From Candidatus Bathyarchaeota archaeon (lineage in GTDB: Archaea > Thermoproteota > Bathyarchaeia > Bathyarchaeales > DTEX01): a stretch of 64,000 bases of DNA. This document shows, in pieces, positions 1 through 9,260 of this stretch; position 1 is the stretch's first letter; the number at the start of each line of letters is the position of its first letter. A program made the position numbers and the translations under genes. The stretch spans positions 2,747 through 66,746 of the forward strand of contig JAGTQE010000007.1 of the NCBI GenBank assembly GCA_018396635.1, given 5' to 3'. Below the pieces are notes generated by a model that did no database searches, was not told the origin of the DNA, and worked only from the letters and a program-made list of their open reading frames with translations.

Positions 1-191
1 CTGCCTGAAGTTGGCTTATCTAATCCACCAATAATATTGAGCAGTGTAGATTTGCCGGAACCACTTGGACCGAGAATAGCCACGTACTCTCCCCTCTCAA
101 TTTTTAGATTTATATTCTTTAGTGCTGTAACCTTCGTCTGACCGACCTCGTACACCTTACTAAGATTATCAGCAATGACGATCCAATTCAA
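1..191 (-). CDS. ABC transporter ATP-binding protein, N-terminal fragment (gene runs off the left edge)
   Basis: Reverse strand from the TTG at 191 reads [63 protein letters not shown]. It has Walker [10 protein letters not shown] and a MacB/LolD-like N-terminus, with an in-frame stop a few codons upstream of the TTG. It is truncated by the window, so it is absent from the ORF track. Confidence 0.8.
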   Translation of the reverse strand, partial: MNWIVIADNLSKVYEVGQTKVTALKNINLKIERGEYVAILGPSGSGKSTLLNIIGGLDKPTSG

Positions 192-281
192 TAAGCATCT
201 CTCCAGTCTCTTATTTTAATGAGCATTATCTTCCTTAAAATTTTAGTACTACTATCCCCTTTAATTTTTTGAGATTAAGTA

Positions 282-1070
282 ATGGCTATTTGGGACTGGT
301 GTGGAGGACCAAACATGTTTTCCAAAACCTTTAAGGTTAGACTTAAAAGCGGGGAGCCGCTATTAGGCACGGTCATATCAACCCCTGAGCCAGACATTGC
401 GGAGTTCATGAGCACTCTGGGCTTCGACTGGTTCTGGATAGATATGGAGCATTGCCCGCTTGAGATAAAATCTGTGCAAACAATACTGCAAGCTATCCGC
501 GGATCTGACGTTGCGTCGCTTGTCAGGGTTCCGTGGAACGACCCTGTGTATATAAAGAGGGTTCTTGACCTTGGACCGGATGGCGTGATAATTCCATGGG
601 TTAATAGTAGAACTGATGCTGAGAATGCCATTAGATATTGCATGTATCCGCCAAAGGGAATTAGGGGCTGCGGTCCCAGAAGACCGGTATGGTTTAGGGG
701 TTTCACCGAATATGTTACGAGGGCCGATGAAGAGGTGGTGATAGTTACTCAGATTGAGACTAGAGAGGCTTTGGAAAACATTGGGGGGATCCTCTCAGTC
801 AAGGGTTTAGATGCTACAATGATAGGGCCAGCTGATCTTTCGGCTTCACTAGGCTTCCTCGGGAATCCAAAAAGTCCGGTAGTTACCGAAGCAATAAAAC
901 GTATTCTGGAGGCCCATAAGGGAACAGATGTCGTACCAGGCATATTTTCTAGCGCAGATGACGCTGGTAAATACTTAGAGATGGGCTTTAAGCTCATATG
1001 TATTGGAAGTGACCTAGACTTTTTGGCAAGAGGCGCAAAAGAAGCCCTAAATAAGATTAAGAAAGCGTAA
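282..1070 (+). CDS. HpcH/HpaI-family (2-keto-3-deoxy-acid) aldolase
   Basis: 262-aa ORF. GFDWFWIDMEHCP, SLVRVPWND, GVIIPWVNS and YPPKGIRGCGP are typical of HpcH/HpaI aldolases. The start may be the ATG at 315. Confidence 0.8.
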   Translation: MAIWDWCGGPNMFSKTFKVRLKSGEPLLGTVISTPEPDIAEFMSTLGFDWFWIDMEHCPLEIKSVQTILQAIRGSDVASLVRVPWNDPVYIKRVLDLGPDGVIIPWVNSRTDAENAIRYCMYPPKGIRGCGPRRPVWFRGFTEYVTRADEEVVIVTQIETREALENIGGILSVKGLDATMIGPADLSASLGFLGNPKSPVVTEAIKRILEAHKGTDVVPGIFSSADDAGKYLEMGFKLICIGSDLDFLARGAKEALNKIKKA

Positions 1071-1094
1071 GTTTAAGCCAAATAAAACTGAACT

Positions 1095-2156
1095 TTGAGT
1101 TATTGCCTAGTTAGTGAGATGGTTATGGCAAAGATTCTTTCTCATCAAACAATTGTCAGAGATGGGTGGCATAACGCCTTCACTGATATATGCTTTTGGC
1201 GCGGCGCCTACTGGCTTACATATCGGCGTGGGTCCGCACATGTTTCATATGATGGTGAAATAATTGTTATGCGCTCTGAAGATCTGAAAAGATGGCGATT
1301 GGCAGCTCGATTAAAGACGATTGGTGATGATAGGGATCCAAAGTTTTGCGCTGTAAAAGATAAGCTATATGTTTACTTCGGCACGTGGCTTCCCAAACCC
1401 GAAGGGTGGCCTGATAGGTATTATGGTCCCCTTGTTACTCATGTATCATTTACAAGCGATGGCGTCAACTGGTCCAGTCCAATCCAAGTGTATAGGGAGA
1501 ATTACTGGCTATGGAGAGTTCGCTATTATAATGGAGCCTTCTATTCGCCAGCTTACGGCTGGAGTAAACCTCAAGAGAAGCATAAGTCCTTCTTAGATCT
1601 ACTTGTGAGTGAAGATGGCTTAAACTGGAGGTGTCTCTCTAGAATTGCAGGGGAGGAGGATCAGCCCAATGAAGCTGACATACTTTTCTTAGAGGGTGGT
1701 GAAGTATGGTGTATAGCCCGTTCCAGCAGAAGCCCAGATCATAGTCTCTTTTATTACTCTAAGCCGCCATACGACGAATGGCGTAAAATCGACTTGAAAG
1801 TAACTATTCATTGCCCAGTCTTCTGCAGATGTGGTGATAAAATACTTGTTGCAGGGCGAAGGAGAATGGAATCTCAATGGATGCCGCAAACTATGCCAGC
1901 TGGCAATACTGGCATATTTATTGTAAGAGAGCCTGGTGTTGTGGAGCCATTCTTTGCGTTACCTTCATGCGGAGATGCTGCCTATCCTGGAGTAATATCC
2001 CTTGAAAGTGATAAAATTATAGTAAGCTACTATTCTCAGCATGCCTACTTAACTGGCGTGGTTAGCGAGACACAACCATTAAATGTAGCCGACATATACT
2101 TGGCTGAACTCGCCGTAAACGATAATATTTTGGTCTCCGACATTTCTTCCCTCTAA
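1095..2156 (+). CDS. sialidase-fold (BNR-like) beta-propeller protein, cytoplasmic
   Basis: 353-aa ORF with repeated blade-like segments (SEDLKRW, SDGVNWS, SEDGLNWR) and a closing blade IIVSYYSQH. No signal peptide. The start may be the ATG at 1119 or 1125. Confidence 0.55.
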   Translation: MSYCLVSEMVMAKILSHQTIVRDGWHNAFTDICFWRGAYWLTYRRGSAHVSYDGEIIVMRSEDLKRWRLAARLKTIGDDRDPKFCAVKDKLYVYFGTWLPKPEGWPDRYYGPLVTHVSFTSDGVNWSSPIQVYRENYWLWRVRYYNGAFYSPAYGWSKPQEKHKSFLDLLVSEDGLNWRCLSRIAGEEDQPNEADILFLEGGEVWCIARSSRSPDHSLFYYSKPPYDEWRKIDLKVTIHCPVFCRCGDKILVAGRRRMESQWMPQTMPAGNTGIFIVREPGVVEPFFALPSCGDAAYPGVISLESDKIIVSYYSQHAYLTGVVSETQPLNVADIYLAELAVNDNILVSDISSL

Positions 2157-2240
2157 AAGGGTAGTAGTCATTTTTATATTTTCAAACCTTGGATAATTAA
2201 ATAGTCCTGTAATTAAGGATTAAGGCTGGGATGGCGAGGT

Positions 2241-3353
2241 ATGCTTGATTTAAGATATCAAAGAGTAAGGAGGAGTAGGGAGGATCTTATTGATCATCTT
2301 TACAAGTTTAACCTAGACATGAAATTTACTGTCGGAATATGGTATTTTAATCCGGCACCAAGCAGGTTTCATGAGCCCTATGGTAAATCATATACTATAG
2401 AGGAGAGGCTGAATATTATTGCTGAAACAGCAGAATATGGCGTTAAGGGCATTGAAGCGCACTATCCAAATGAGATTAATGAGGACAATATAGACTTGTA
2501 TAGGCGGTTGGAGAAAGAGACTGGAATAAAGCTCGTTAACATTGGGCCGAACATATTTTATAGTAGGGACTTTGAGTTCGGATCCCTCTCAAATCCCATT
2601 GAAAAGTATCGGAAGAAAGCTAAAGAAATATTGGTTAATTGCCTAAAACTGGTTAAGGAGTCGGGTGCATCTCACTGTGGAATATGGCCTGGAATTGACG
2701 GCTACACGTATTCTTTCGGCACGCCGTTCTACCAGATGTGGGATCTATTTGAGGAGACCGTGGCTGAAGCAATGGATGAGGTCCCAGGAGTTACTGTAGC
2801 TATCGAGCCCAAACCCTACGAGCCTGTACCAAACAATATTTACAGGACTACAGCTGATGGCATACTGGCTGCTAGGGATATAGAATCCAGGTTAAGGTCT
2901 GATGTTAACCGCCGACTGCTTGAGGAAGGGTATACTTTAGTTGGTCTCCAGCCCGAGATTGGGCATATCCTTATGGGCTTTGAGGACCCAGCCTATGCTT
3001 TAAGCCGCATAGCTAGAGATGGGCGGCTGGTTCATGTCCACTGGAATAGTCAGCCGTTAGGCAATTATGACCAAGACTTAAATGTTGGTGTTGTTGGATG
3101 GGAGCAAGCTGAGGCTGCTCTTTACGCCTTGAAAATGATAGGTTATCGAGGATATATTGGTATAGATATAAATCCCGAAAGGATTCCACCAAAGAAGGCG
3201 GTTGAAATCAACACTACAGTGCTTAGAATAATGAATGAGAGAATAAATAGTCTTCCACACGAGAAAATAATTGACTGCTACTACAACCCAGAGGAGCATA
3301 GGGGTGACTTAGAGTTAATACTAGCTGAAGCGAGGAGATTCTTTAGGCAGTAA
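2241..3353 (+). CDS. xylose isomerase-like TIM-barrel sugar isomerase/epimerase
   Basis: 370-aa ORF. KFTVGIWYF, GIEAHYPNE, AIEPKPYEP, and the HVHWN / GIDINPE metal-site-like motifs resemble the XylA / AP-endonuclease-2 TIM barrel family. It is a paralogue of 23326-24447. Confidence 0.7.
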   Translation: MLDLRYQRVRRSREDLIDHLYKFNLDMKFTVGIWYFNPAPSRFHEPYGKSYTIEERLNIIAETAEYGVKGIEAHYPNEINEDNIDLYRRLEKETGIKLVNIGPNIFYSRDFEFGSLSNPIEKYRKKAKEILVNCLKLVKESGASHCGIWPGIDGYTYSFGTPFYQMWDLFEETVAEAMDEVPGVTVAIEPKPYEPVPNNIYRTTADGILAARDIESRLRSDVNRRLLEEGYTLVGLQPEIGHILMGFEDPAYALSRIARDGRLVHVHWNSQPLGNYDQDLNVGVVGWEQAEAALYALKMIGYRGYIGIDINPERIPPKKAVEINTTVLRIMNERINSLPHEKIIDCYYNPEEHRGDLELILAEARRFFRQ

Positions 3354-3416
3354 AGTTTTTCTGCCGAGCACAATTAATATCTCCTAAACGATGCCGCATA
3401 AAGCTGGGTTTAAAGT

Positions 3417-3749
3417 ATGTCATTAAACGCTGCGCTCTTAGTCTGGATTGTGATCGCAGTCTCCATCTTAGTCTTCTTAGCTTTCTTTCTATTCATCATA
3501 CTCTCCATCTTTAAGTGGCTTAAAGCTCCAAGAGCCTACTATTATCCGCCTATTCGGGTTGAAGATTACATGTGCCCTAAATGCGGATCAAAGGAGCTTG
3601 ATGCTATAGGTCTGAGGACTTTAAAATGTAGAAAATGTGGAACAATATTCTCTTTAGGAGGAGCATTATATGGAGCTCGATGGATAACCTGGCCATTTTT
3701 CTGGTGGTTTCCAATAATCCTCTCAATCCTCTTTATGGAAAAAGACTAA
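3417..3749 (+). CDS. small membrane protein with central zinc ribbon
   Basis: 110 aa. N- and C-terminal hydrophobic helices flank CPKCGS...CRKCG. Confidence 0.55.
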   Translation: MSLNAALLVWIVIAVSILVFLAFFLFIILSIFKWLKAPRAYYYPPIRVEDYMCPKCGSKELDAIGLRTLKCRKCGTIFSLGGALYGARWITWPFFWWFPIILSILFMEKD

Positions 3750-4876
3750 AGTACTGTCGATTGAGAGCGTCTAGCGCCTAGTTTCTCTTTTATGAGGCGC
3801 TCATAGGCTTCTCTATCTATAGGGATACTAACACTTCTTCCCTCAAACGATGAAAGTATTATTGCGTTAACTATCTCCAATGAAACTTTACCCTCTTCCC
3901 CAGGTATCATGGGATCTCTGTCATCAACAATTGCCCGAACAAAATCCTCTATTATTTTTCTATGACCAGGCATCGTTGAGTCTCTTTTAATCTCAATCCT
4001 ATTCCATTGATATGTTGGCTTAAGGCTCGTTGTTTCGCTAAATATGTACTCTTTAACGGATTTATCTAGAATTGCATATTTGATCTCGTTTCTTCCATCC
4101 TCACCCACTATTTTACCCTTCTCCCCGCATATCTCAAATCTCTCAAAATTAATCGGATCTATTGTAGTCACTTGAATTACCCCATGAGCTTCATTCTCAA
4201 ATTTTATAACTGCGCTAGCTATATCCTCAACCTCTACATTGTGGTAAAATGTTCCAATCTTTCCACAGACCTCCACGGGTTTGCCGACAAGCCACTGGAG
4301 AATGTCAATTTGATGGATTGTCTGATTTATTAGGACGCCACCACCTTCCGTAGCCCATTTGCCGCGCCAGGCGTCGCGGTCATAATATGCTTGGCTCCTA
4401 AAGGTGCATACTTCCATACAAGCCCTATAGATCCTTCCAATCTCCCCCTGAGATATCATCTCTTTAATCTTCTGATAGGTTGGATCAGTCCTTCTTTGAT
4501 ATACTACCCCGAGCTTTAAGCCTCTCCTTCTAGCCTCCTCAATCATCTGGTCAGCTTCCTTCACAGTTATAGCCATTGGTTTTTCAACCAACACGTGTTT
4601 ACCATAATTAAGGGCTTTCATGACCATTGGAAAATGCAGGAAATGTGGAGTGCATATTGAAATAGCATCTAAGTCTTCCATAGCCAACATATCTTCATAG
4701 TTCTTATACCACTTAACGTTATACTTTGAAGATACGAATTTTCCGACCTCCTCATTTATATCCGCTACAGCGGTGAGCTCGGCGCCCTCAATATTAGCTA
4801 TTTCATTGATGTGCGTCTGCCCCACACCTTTCAGTCCGATAACGCCAAACTTTATCTTACGCATACTCCGTCTCAC
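3746..4876 (-). CDS. Gfo/Idh/MocA family NAD(P)-dependent oxidoreductase
   Basis: 376 aa. N-terminal Rossmann motif KFGVIGLKGVGQTH, plus the EKPMA motif and a C-terminal alpha/beta domain. Confidence 0.85.
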   Translation of the reverse strand: MRRSMRKIKFGVIGLKGVGQTHINEIANIEGAELTAVADINEEVGKFVSSKYNVKWYKNYEDMLAMEDLDAISICTPHFLHFPMVMKALNYGKHVLVEKPMAITVKEADQMIEEARRRGLKLGVVYQRRTDPTYQKIKEMISQGEIGRIYRACMEVCTFRSQAYYDRDAWRGKWATEGGGVLINQTIHQIDILQWLVGKPVEVCGKIGTFYHNVEVEDIASAVIKFENEAHGVIQVTTIDPINFERFEICGEKGKIVGEDGRNEIKYAILDKSVKEYIFSETTSLKPTYQWNRIEIKRDSTMPGHRKIIEDFVRAIVDDRDPMIPGEEGKVSLEIVNAIILSSFEGRSVSIPIDREAYERLIKEKLGARRSQSTVL

Positions 4877-5039
4877 CCACTAATATATGCGATTTAGGAA
4901 AAATTATATTTAAGTAACGTGGATGGAGCCTATCACTAATTTAAGTCTTCTCATTAGATTAGGTTAAATAGGTCTTCCTGAAGAATTTTTATTAGATGCC
5001 TAAATAATATGGCTTAACTCTTTGGGGTGGTTGTAAAGA

Positions 5040-6554
5040 TTGAAGAAACTTGAGTCGGGTCTTCTGACTGAGGATGATTTATTTCTCTTTGTGGACTATT
5101 ATGAGTTGACATCTGGTAAGTGTAATTTTGATCATGGAGTGAATAATACAATAACTGAGACATACTTTTTCCGTGAGGTTCCAAGGCACTTAGGTTCTTA
5201 TATTATTGCAGCCGGCTTGGAACAGTTCATCAGCTACATTCAGATTTTAAATAGGGGGTTGAGTAGAAAGCATAGAGAGTGGCTTGAAAAAGCTGCTGGG
5301 AGAGATTTAAGTAGCGACTTCTTAGATTACCTAGAGAATTTTGAGTTCAAGGGCGATATTTACGCTGTTCCGGAAGGCACACCGGTCTTCCCAAATGAGC
5401 CGGTAATAAATATCACCGGCCCCTCCATAGACGTTCAGCTATTGGAAACCTACCTACTTAATATAATAAACTTCGAGAGCCTGGTTGCCACAAAAGCTTC
5501 TAGAGTCGTCTACGCGGCTAAGGGAAAGAACATTTTCTTCTCGCCTAAGACCGTTGTTGATTTTGGTGCTAGAAGGGCGCATGGAAGAGATGCGGCAGTC
5601 TTGGCAGCGAGGGCGGCTTATATCGGTGGTTTTGATGGTACATCGCTTGTCATAGCCGCTATGAAGTGGGGTATACCATTCGTTGGGACAATACCACATA
5701 AATTTATCGAGGAGCGCTATAGAAAGACACGTTCCTTTAAAGAGACGGAATTATCCGCCTTCATGGATTATGCTGAAAGTTTTCCGCACAACGCTGTCCT
5801 TCTGGTAGATACATATGAGAGTGTTGAGGGCATAAAGAATGCCATAAAAGTGGGCTTAGAGCTTAAGAAGAGAGGATATAAGCTTGCTGGTATAAGGCTT
5901 GACAGCGGGGATCCTGTGGAATTAAGTAAGATAGCACGTAGGATGCTCGATGAAGCTGGCTTAACGGATGCGAAGATTTTTGTAAGCGATCGTCTTGACG
6001 AGTTTGTAATCGAGGATGCCTTGATGAGAGGTGCTCCAATAGATGGATTTGGCGTTGGGACAAAGCTTGTGACTGGCGCAAATTATAACTCGCTGACGAG
6101 TGAGGGCGGTGTTTCAGCCCTTGACGGAATATTCAAGATAGCTGAGACGAGCGATGAGAAGGGGAATCTTATACCAGTAACTAAATTCACCAGCAATATA
6201 GTTAAGGCGACGCTTCCTGGCAGGAAGCAGGTTTGGAGAAGGATTGAGAATGGGCAGTTTGTGGAGGACATAATTGCTCTATGGGATGAGGAGATTAATG
6301 ATGCGAAGCCGCTGCTTGTCCCAATAATTATTAAAGGTGAAGTGGTCTACGATTTCCCAGAGCTTAAGGAAATAAGGAGGTACTGCGCTGAGCAGCTAGC
6401 TGCTTTACCCGATAAATATAGGCGTATAAGGGGAAGCGAATCATATCCTGTGAGAATAAGCGAGAAGCTGAGAAAACTTAGGGATGAGATGTTTGAGAAG
6501 TATTATAGGGAGTACTTTGGGGAGAATATAAAGGTGTACGCCAGAAGCGTTTAA
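5040..6554 (+). CDS. pncB: nicotinate phosphoribosyltransferase
   Basis: 504 aa with a TTG start. DYYELT, FGARRAHG, GTSLV, DTYES and RLDSGD are NAPRTase signatures. Confidence 0.85.
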   Translation: MKKLESGLLTEDDLFLFVDYYELTSGKCNFDHGVNNTITETYFFREVPRHLGSYIIAAGLEQFISYIQILNRGLSRKHREWLEKAAGRDLSSDFLDYLENFEFKGDIYAVPEGTPVFPNEPVINITGPSIDVQLLETYLLNIINFESLVATKASRVVYAAKGKNIFFSPKTVVDFGARRAHGRDAAVLAARAAYIGGFDGTSLVIAAMKWGIPFVGTIPHKFIEERYRKTRSFKETELSAFMDYAESFPHNAVLLVDTYESVEGIKNAIKVGLELKKRGYKLAGIRLDSGDPVELSKIARRMLDEAGLTDAKIFVSDRLDEFVIEDALMRGAPIDGFGVGTKLVTGANYNSLTSEGGVSALDGIFKIAETSDEKGNLIPVTKFTSNIVKATLPGRKQVWRRIENGQFVEDIIALWDEEINDAKPLLVPIIIKGEVVYDFPELKEIRRYCAEQLAALPDKYRRIRGSESYPVRISEKLRKLRDEMFEKYYREYFGENIKVYARSV

Positions 6555-6567
6555 GATATTTAGACTC

Positions 6568-8490
6568 TCAGAGGAATACTATTGGCGGTCTCTTAATACT
6601 TTTATTAAGACTCTTAAGTTCCTTCATTGTCTCAGGATACCTTGTTAGATCTGCATATGGTATTAGATGCGAGTTAAAGAATTCTGCCTGAAAATCCCGC
6701 TCGGCCCCTAGCTCAATATACTTAACGCTTTTTGATATCTCTTCAGCTTCTTTCCGCTTCGAGTTTGAGACCAGAGCCATTCTGGCACCAGTTCCAGCAG
6801 CGTTGCCAACAACCTTAACCCTCTCTAATGGTATTTCTGGATACATGCCTATTGTTCTTGCGCTTGCCGGGTTTAGGTAGGAGCCGAAGGCCCCAGCAAT
6901 AAATAGTGTGCTGATGTCTGCTTCCTTCACGCCCATCTTCCTCATTAATATCATACATCCAGTATGTATTGCAGCCTTAGCCAGCTGAATTTCCCTTATA
7001 TCTCTCTGAGTGATGACAATATCTCTATCTATAGCGGTTTCATGTTTCCAAGCTAATACAAACTCGTATCCATCGCTCCCCAGACGTAGCCTTGGTGAAG
7101 AAATATTCTTGTTAAATGTTCCAAAAATGTCAATCACTCCAGCCCTAAACATCTCCGCAATGGCGTCGACTATTGCCGATCCGCATAGGCCGCGAGGCTT
7201 AATTCCATCTACAGTTTTATACTCAACATCAAGGTTTTCTGGGTTTATCTTAACTTTTTCGATGGCCCCGCTGGCGGCTCTCATGCCATACTTTATATGT
7301 GCGCCTTCAAAAGCTGGGCCGGAGGCGCATGAACATGCTAAAATTTCACGTTTATTTCCTAAAACAACTTCAGTGTTTGTTCCGATGTCTAGTGCCATGC
7401 AGATCTCATCTCTCTCATGTATTCTTGTCGCCAGTATAACCGCAACGGTATCTGCTCCGACAAAACCGCCTATTAATGGCAGTAGATGGATATTTCCATT
7501 CTGATTTACTTCGACCCCCAGCTCTCTAGCCCTAACGTTTATACTGCGCTTTATGGCTGGCGCGTATGGGGATAGGGCTACATATTTTGGGCATATGCCT
7601 AGAAATAAGTGATGCATTGCTGTGTTACCGACAACGGTCATCTCATAAATCTCACTGGATTTTACGCCAGTTTTATCAATAAGGCTCTTCAAAATTTTAT
7701 TTACTCCGTCAATAACCGCCCTTTGAATATCGGACAGCTCGTTACTACCCCTAGATGCATAGGCGATCCTTGAGATTACATCCTCACCATATAGTATCTG
7801 CGGGTTCACTAGCGAATCCACGGCTAACACTCTTCCGGTATTCAAGTCTAATAGGTAGCCGGCGATCTTAGTTGTGCCTATGTCAAAGGCGCATCCAAAC
7901 ATTCTATTGGTGGTATCTCCCGGCTCAACGCCAATTATATTTTTCCCATCCCATACGACAACGGTCACCTTCCATCCACTCTCCCTTAAAACCAACGGTA
8001 AATCCTTGAGGATCGCATATTCGATGGCTAAGTTTTCTAGACCATACTTCTCCCTTAGAGTATCTATTAGTCTATCAACATCTGATCTAATGTCTTGGAG
8101 GTTTGGGGGTGGCACCTCAATAAAGTATTTTTTGACAGATGGCTCAAGGTAGACTGGGGTCTCAATGCCCTCTATCTGGAGTCTCTGCCTACCTGTCCTA
8201 CTCTCCTCCGGTATCCTGACGGGGAGGGGGCCTTTAATAATAGCTTGACATGCAAGCCTATAACCCAAAGAAATCTCATGGTCTGAAAGAAGCCTATGCT
8301 CAATTTCAGTTAGGGGGCTGACATTCTCTCCTTTATCTTCAACAATAACCCGACATTTTCCACATCTACCCATACCGCCACAAATTGAAATTAGATCGAC
8401 GCCAGCGGCTTTTGCAGCATCTAAAATAGTATTTCCGGGCGGAACTTCCACGCGTTTACCTTCCGGCTGAAAAGTGATGCTGACGCCCAT
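6568..8490 (-). CDS. RACo-like ASKHA ATPase with N-terminal 2Fe-2S ferredoxin (DUF4445; corrinoid reductive-activase family)
   Basis: 640 aa. Plant-type ferredoxin Cys pattern CGGMGRCGKCRV...C, then the ASKHA phosphate motifs FDIGTTK and LDIGTNTE. Confidence 0.75.
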   Translation of the reverse strand: MGVSITFQPEGKRVEVPPGNTILDAAKAAGVDLISICGGMGRCGKCRVIVEDKGENVSPLTEIEHRLLSDHEISLGYRLACQAIIKGPLPVRIPEESRTGRQRLQIEGIETPVYLEPSVKKYFIEVPPPNLQDIRSDVDRLIDTLREKYGLENLAIEYAILKDLPLVLRESGWKVTVVVWDGKNIIGVEPGDTTNRMFGCAFDIGTTKIAGYLLDLNTGRVLAVDSLVNPQILYGEDVISRIAYASRGSNELSDIQRAVIDGVNKILKSLIDKTGVKSSEIYEMTVVGNTAMHHLFLGICPKYVALSPYAPAIKRSINVRARELGVEVNQNGNIHLLPLIGGFVGADTVAVILATRIHERDEICMALDIGTNTEVVLGNKREILACSCASGPAFEGAHIKYGMRAASGAIEKVKINPENLDVEYKTVDGIKPRGLCGSAIVDAIAEMFRAGVIDIFGTFNKNISSPRLRLGSDGYEFVLAWKHETAIDRDIVITQRDIREIQLAKAAIHTGCMILMRKMGVKEADISTLFIAGAFGSYLNPASARTIGMYPEIPLERVKVVGNAAGTGARMALVSNSKRKEAEEISKSVKYIELGAERDFQAEFFNSHLIPYADLTRYPETMKELKSLNKSIKRPPIVFL

Positions 8491-8561
8491 CTCAAGTTCC
8501 CCGCGATCTTTAGATGGGAATCGGTTTTTAGAGCGTTGGAATGGTTTAATAAGATTTGCGG

Positions 8562-9023
8562 TTATGATGCCTTAAAGAAGAGCCACCCATCCTTCTGCTT
8601 TTTAAATCTGAGTAAACAATATCGCCCCTTAAGTTTCTCTCCGTGGATGTGGATTACTATTTTCTCTTCGCTCCACTCTTCAATGTCAAATGTTCCCCTA
8701 TCCCATATCTCGACAGTTCCTGCCCCATACTCGCCCTCAGGAATAATTCCCTCAAAATCAGCATACTCTATTGGATGATCCTCGGTTTGGATAGCTAACC
8801 TCTTGACGCCTTTAACTGTCGGTGGATCCTTTGGTATGGCCCAGCTCTTCAATACCCCATCCTTCTCAAGCCTAAGATCATAGTGAAGATGGCTAGCGTC
8901 ATGTTTTTGAATTACATATATTCTCTCTTTCCCGCTCCTATGAGAGAGCTCAGCATCCACCTGACCACGCGGTTCTGGCGTTCTGCTGAAATTCCTCTTC
9001 TTTAAATACTCTTCTAAGGACAT
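8562..9023 (-). CDS. stand-alone LigD-type 3'-phosphoesterase (PE) domain protein
   Basis: 153 aa. [63 protein letters not shown] and GRYCLLRFK match the LigD PE domain. Confidence 0.8.
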   Translation of the reverse strand: MSLEEYLKKRNFSRTPEPRGQVDAELSHRSGKERIYVIQKHDASHLHYDLRLEKDGVLKSWAIPKDPPTVKGVKRLAIQTEDHPIEYADFEGIIPEGEYGAGTVEIWDRGTFDIEEWSEEKIVIHIHGEKLKGRYCLLRFKKQKDGWLFFKAS

Positions 9024-9122
9024 TTGAGCGCCTCCTTTACGTTAATTCACATTCAAAACTTATAGCATTAACTCTTCTAGTGGTTTGAGGAAGATTAAAT
9101 AGGGTGATTGCTGAATATAATC

Positions 9123-9202
9123 TTGGAATGATGTGTGGCGACGGCTTGGAACCCATCCCAAGGATGGGTTATGACGCCCTGTGACTAACCTCCGCTGACC
9201 AA
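9123..9202 (+). ncRNA. candidate k-turn (C/D-box-like) small RNA with internal hairpin
   Basis: ttgg(9123-9126)-a-AUGAUGU(9128-9134) ... CUGA(9195-9198)-ccaa(9199-9202). The C-like and D boxes are closed by a complementary 4-bp terminal stem. A perfect 9-bp hairpin lies inside at 9150-9170. No convincing D'/C' boxes. Confidence 0.25.
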
Positions 9203-9260
9203 AAATGCTTTATTTTTCCTCTAGTTTACTAAATCTGTTTATGATGGAGGGTTTATTTTA

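Noticed and set aside
275-706. 143-aa minus-strand ORF overlapping the HpcH aldolase. Similar antisense ORFs occur at 7010-7504, 9782-10207, 35690-36082, 52483-52995, 55324-55708, 59586-60488 and 61162-61614.
   Set aside because: Each lies inside and opposite a confidently identified gene and has a compositionally odd, motif-free translation. I treat them as frame shadows.
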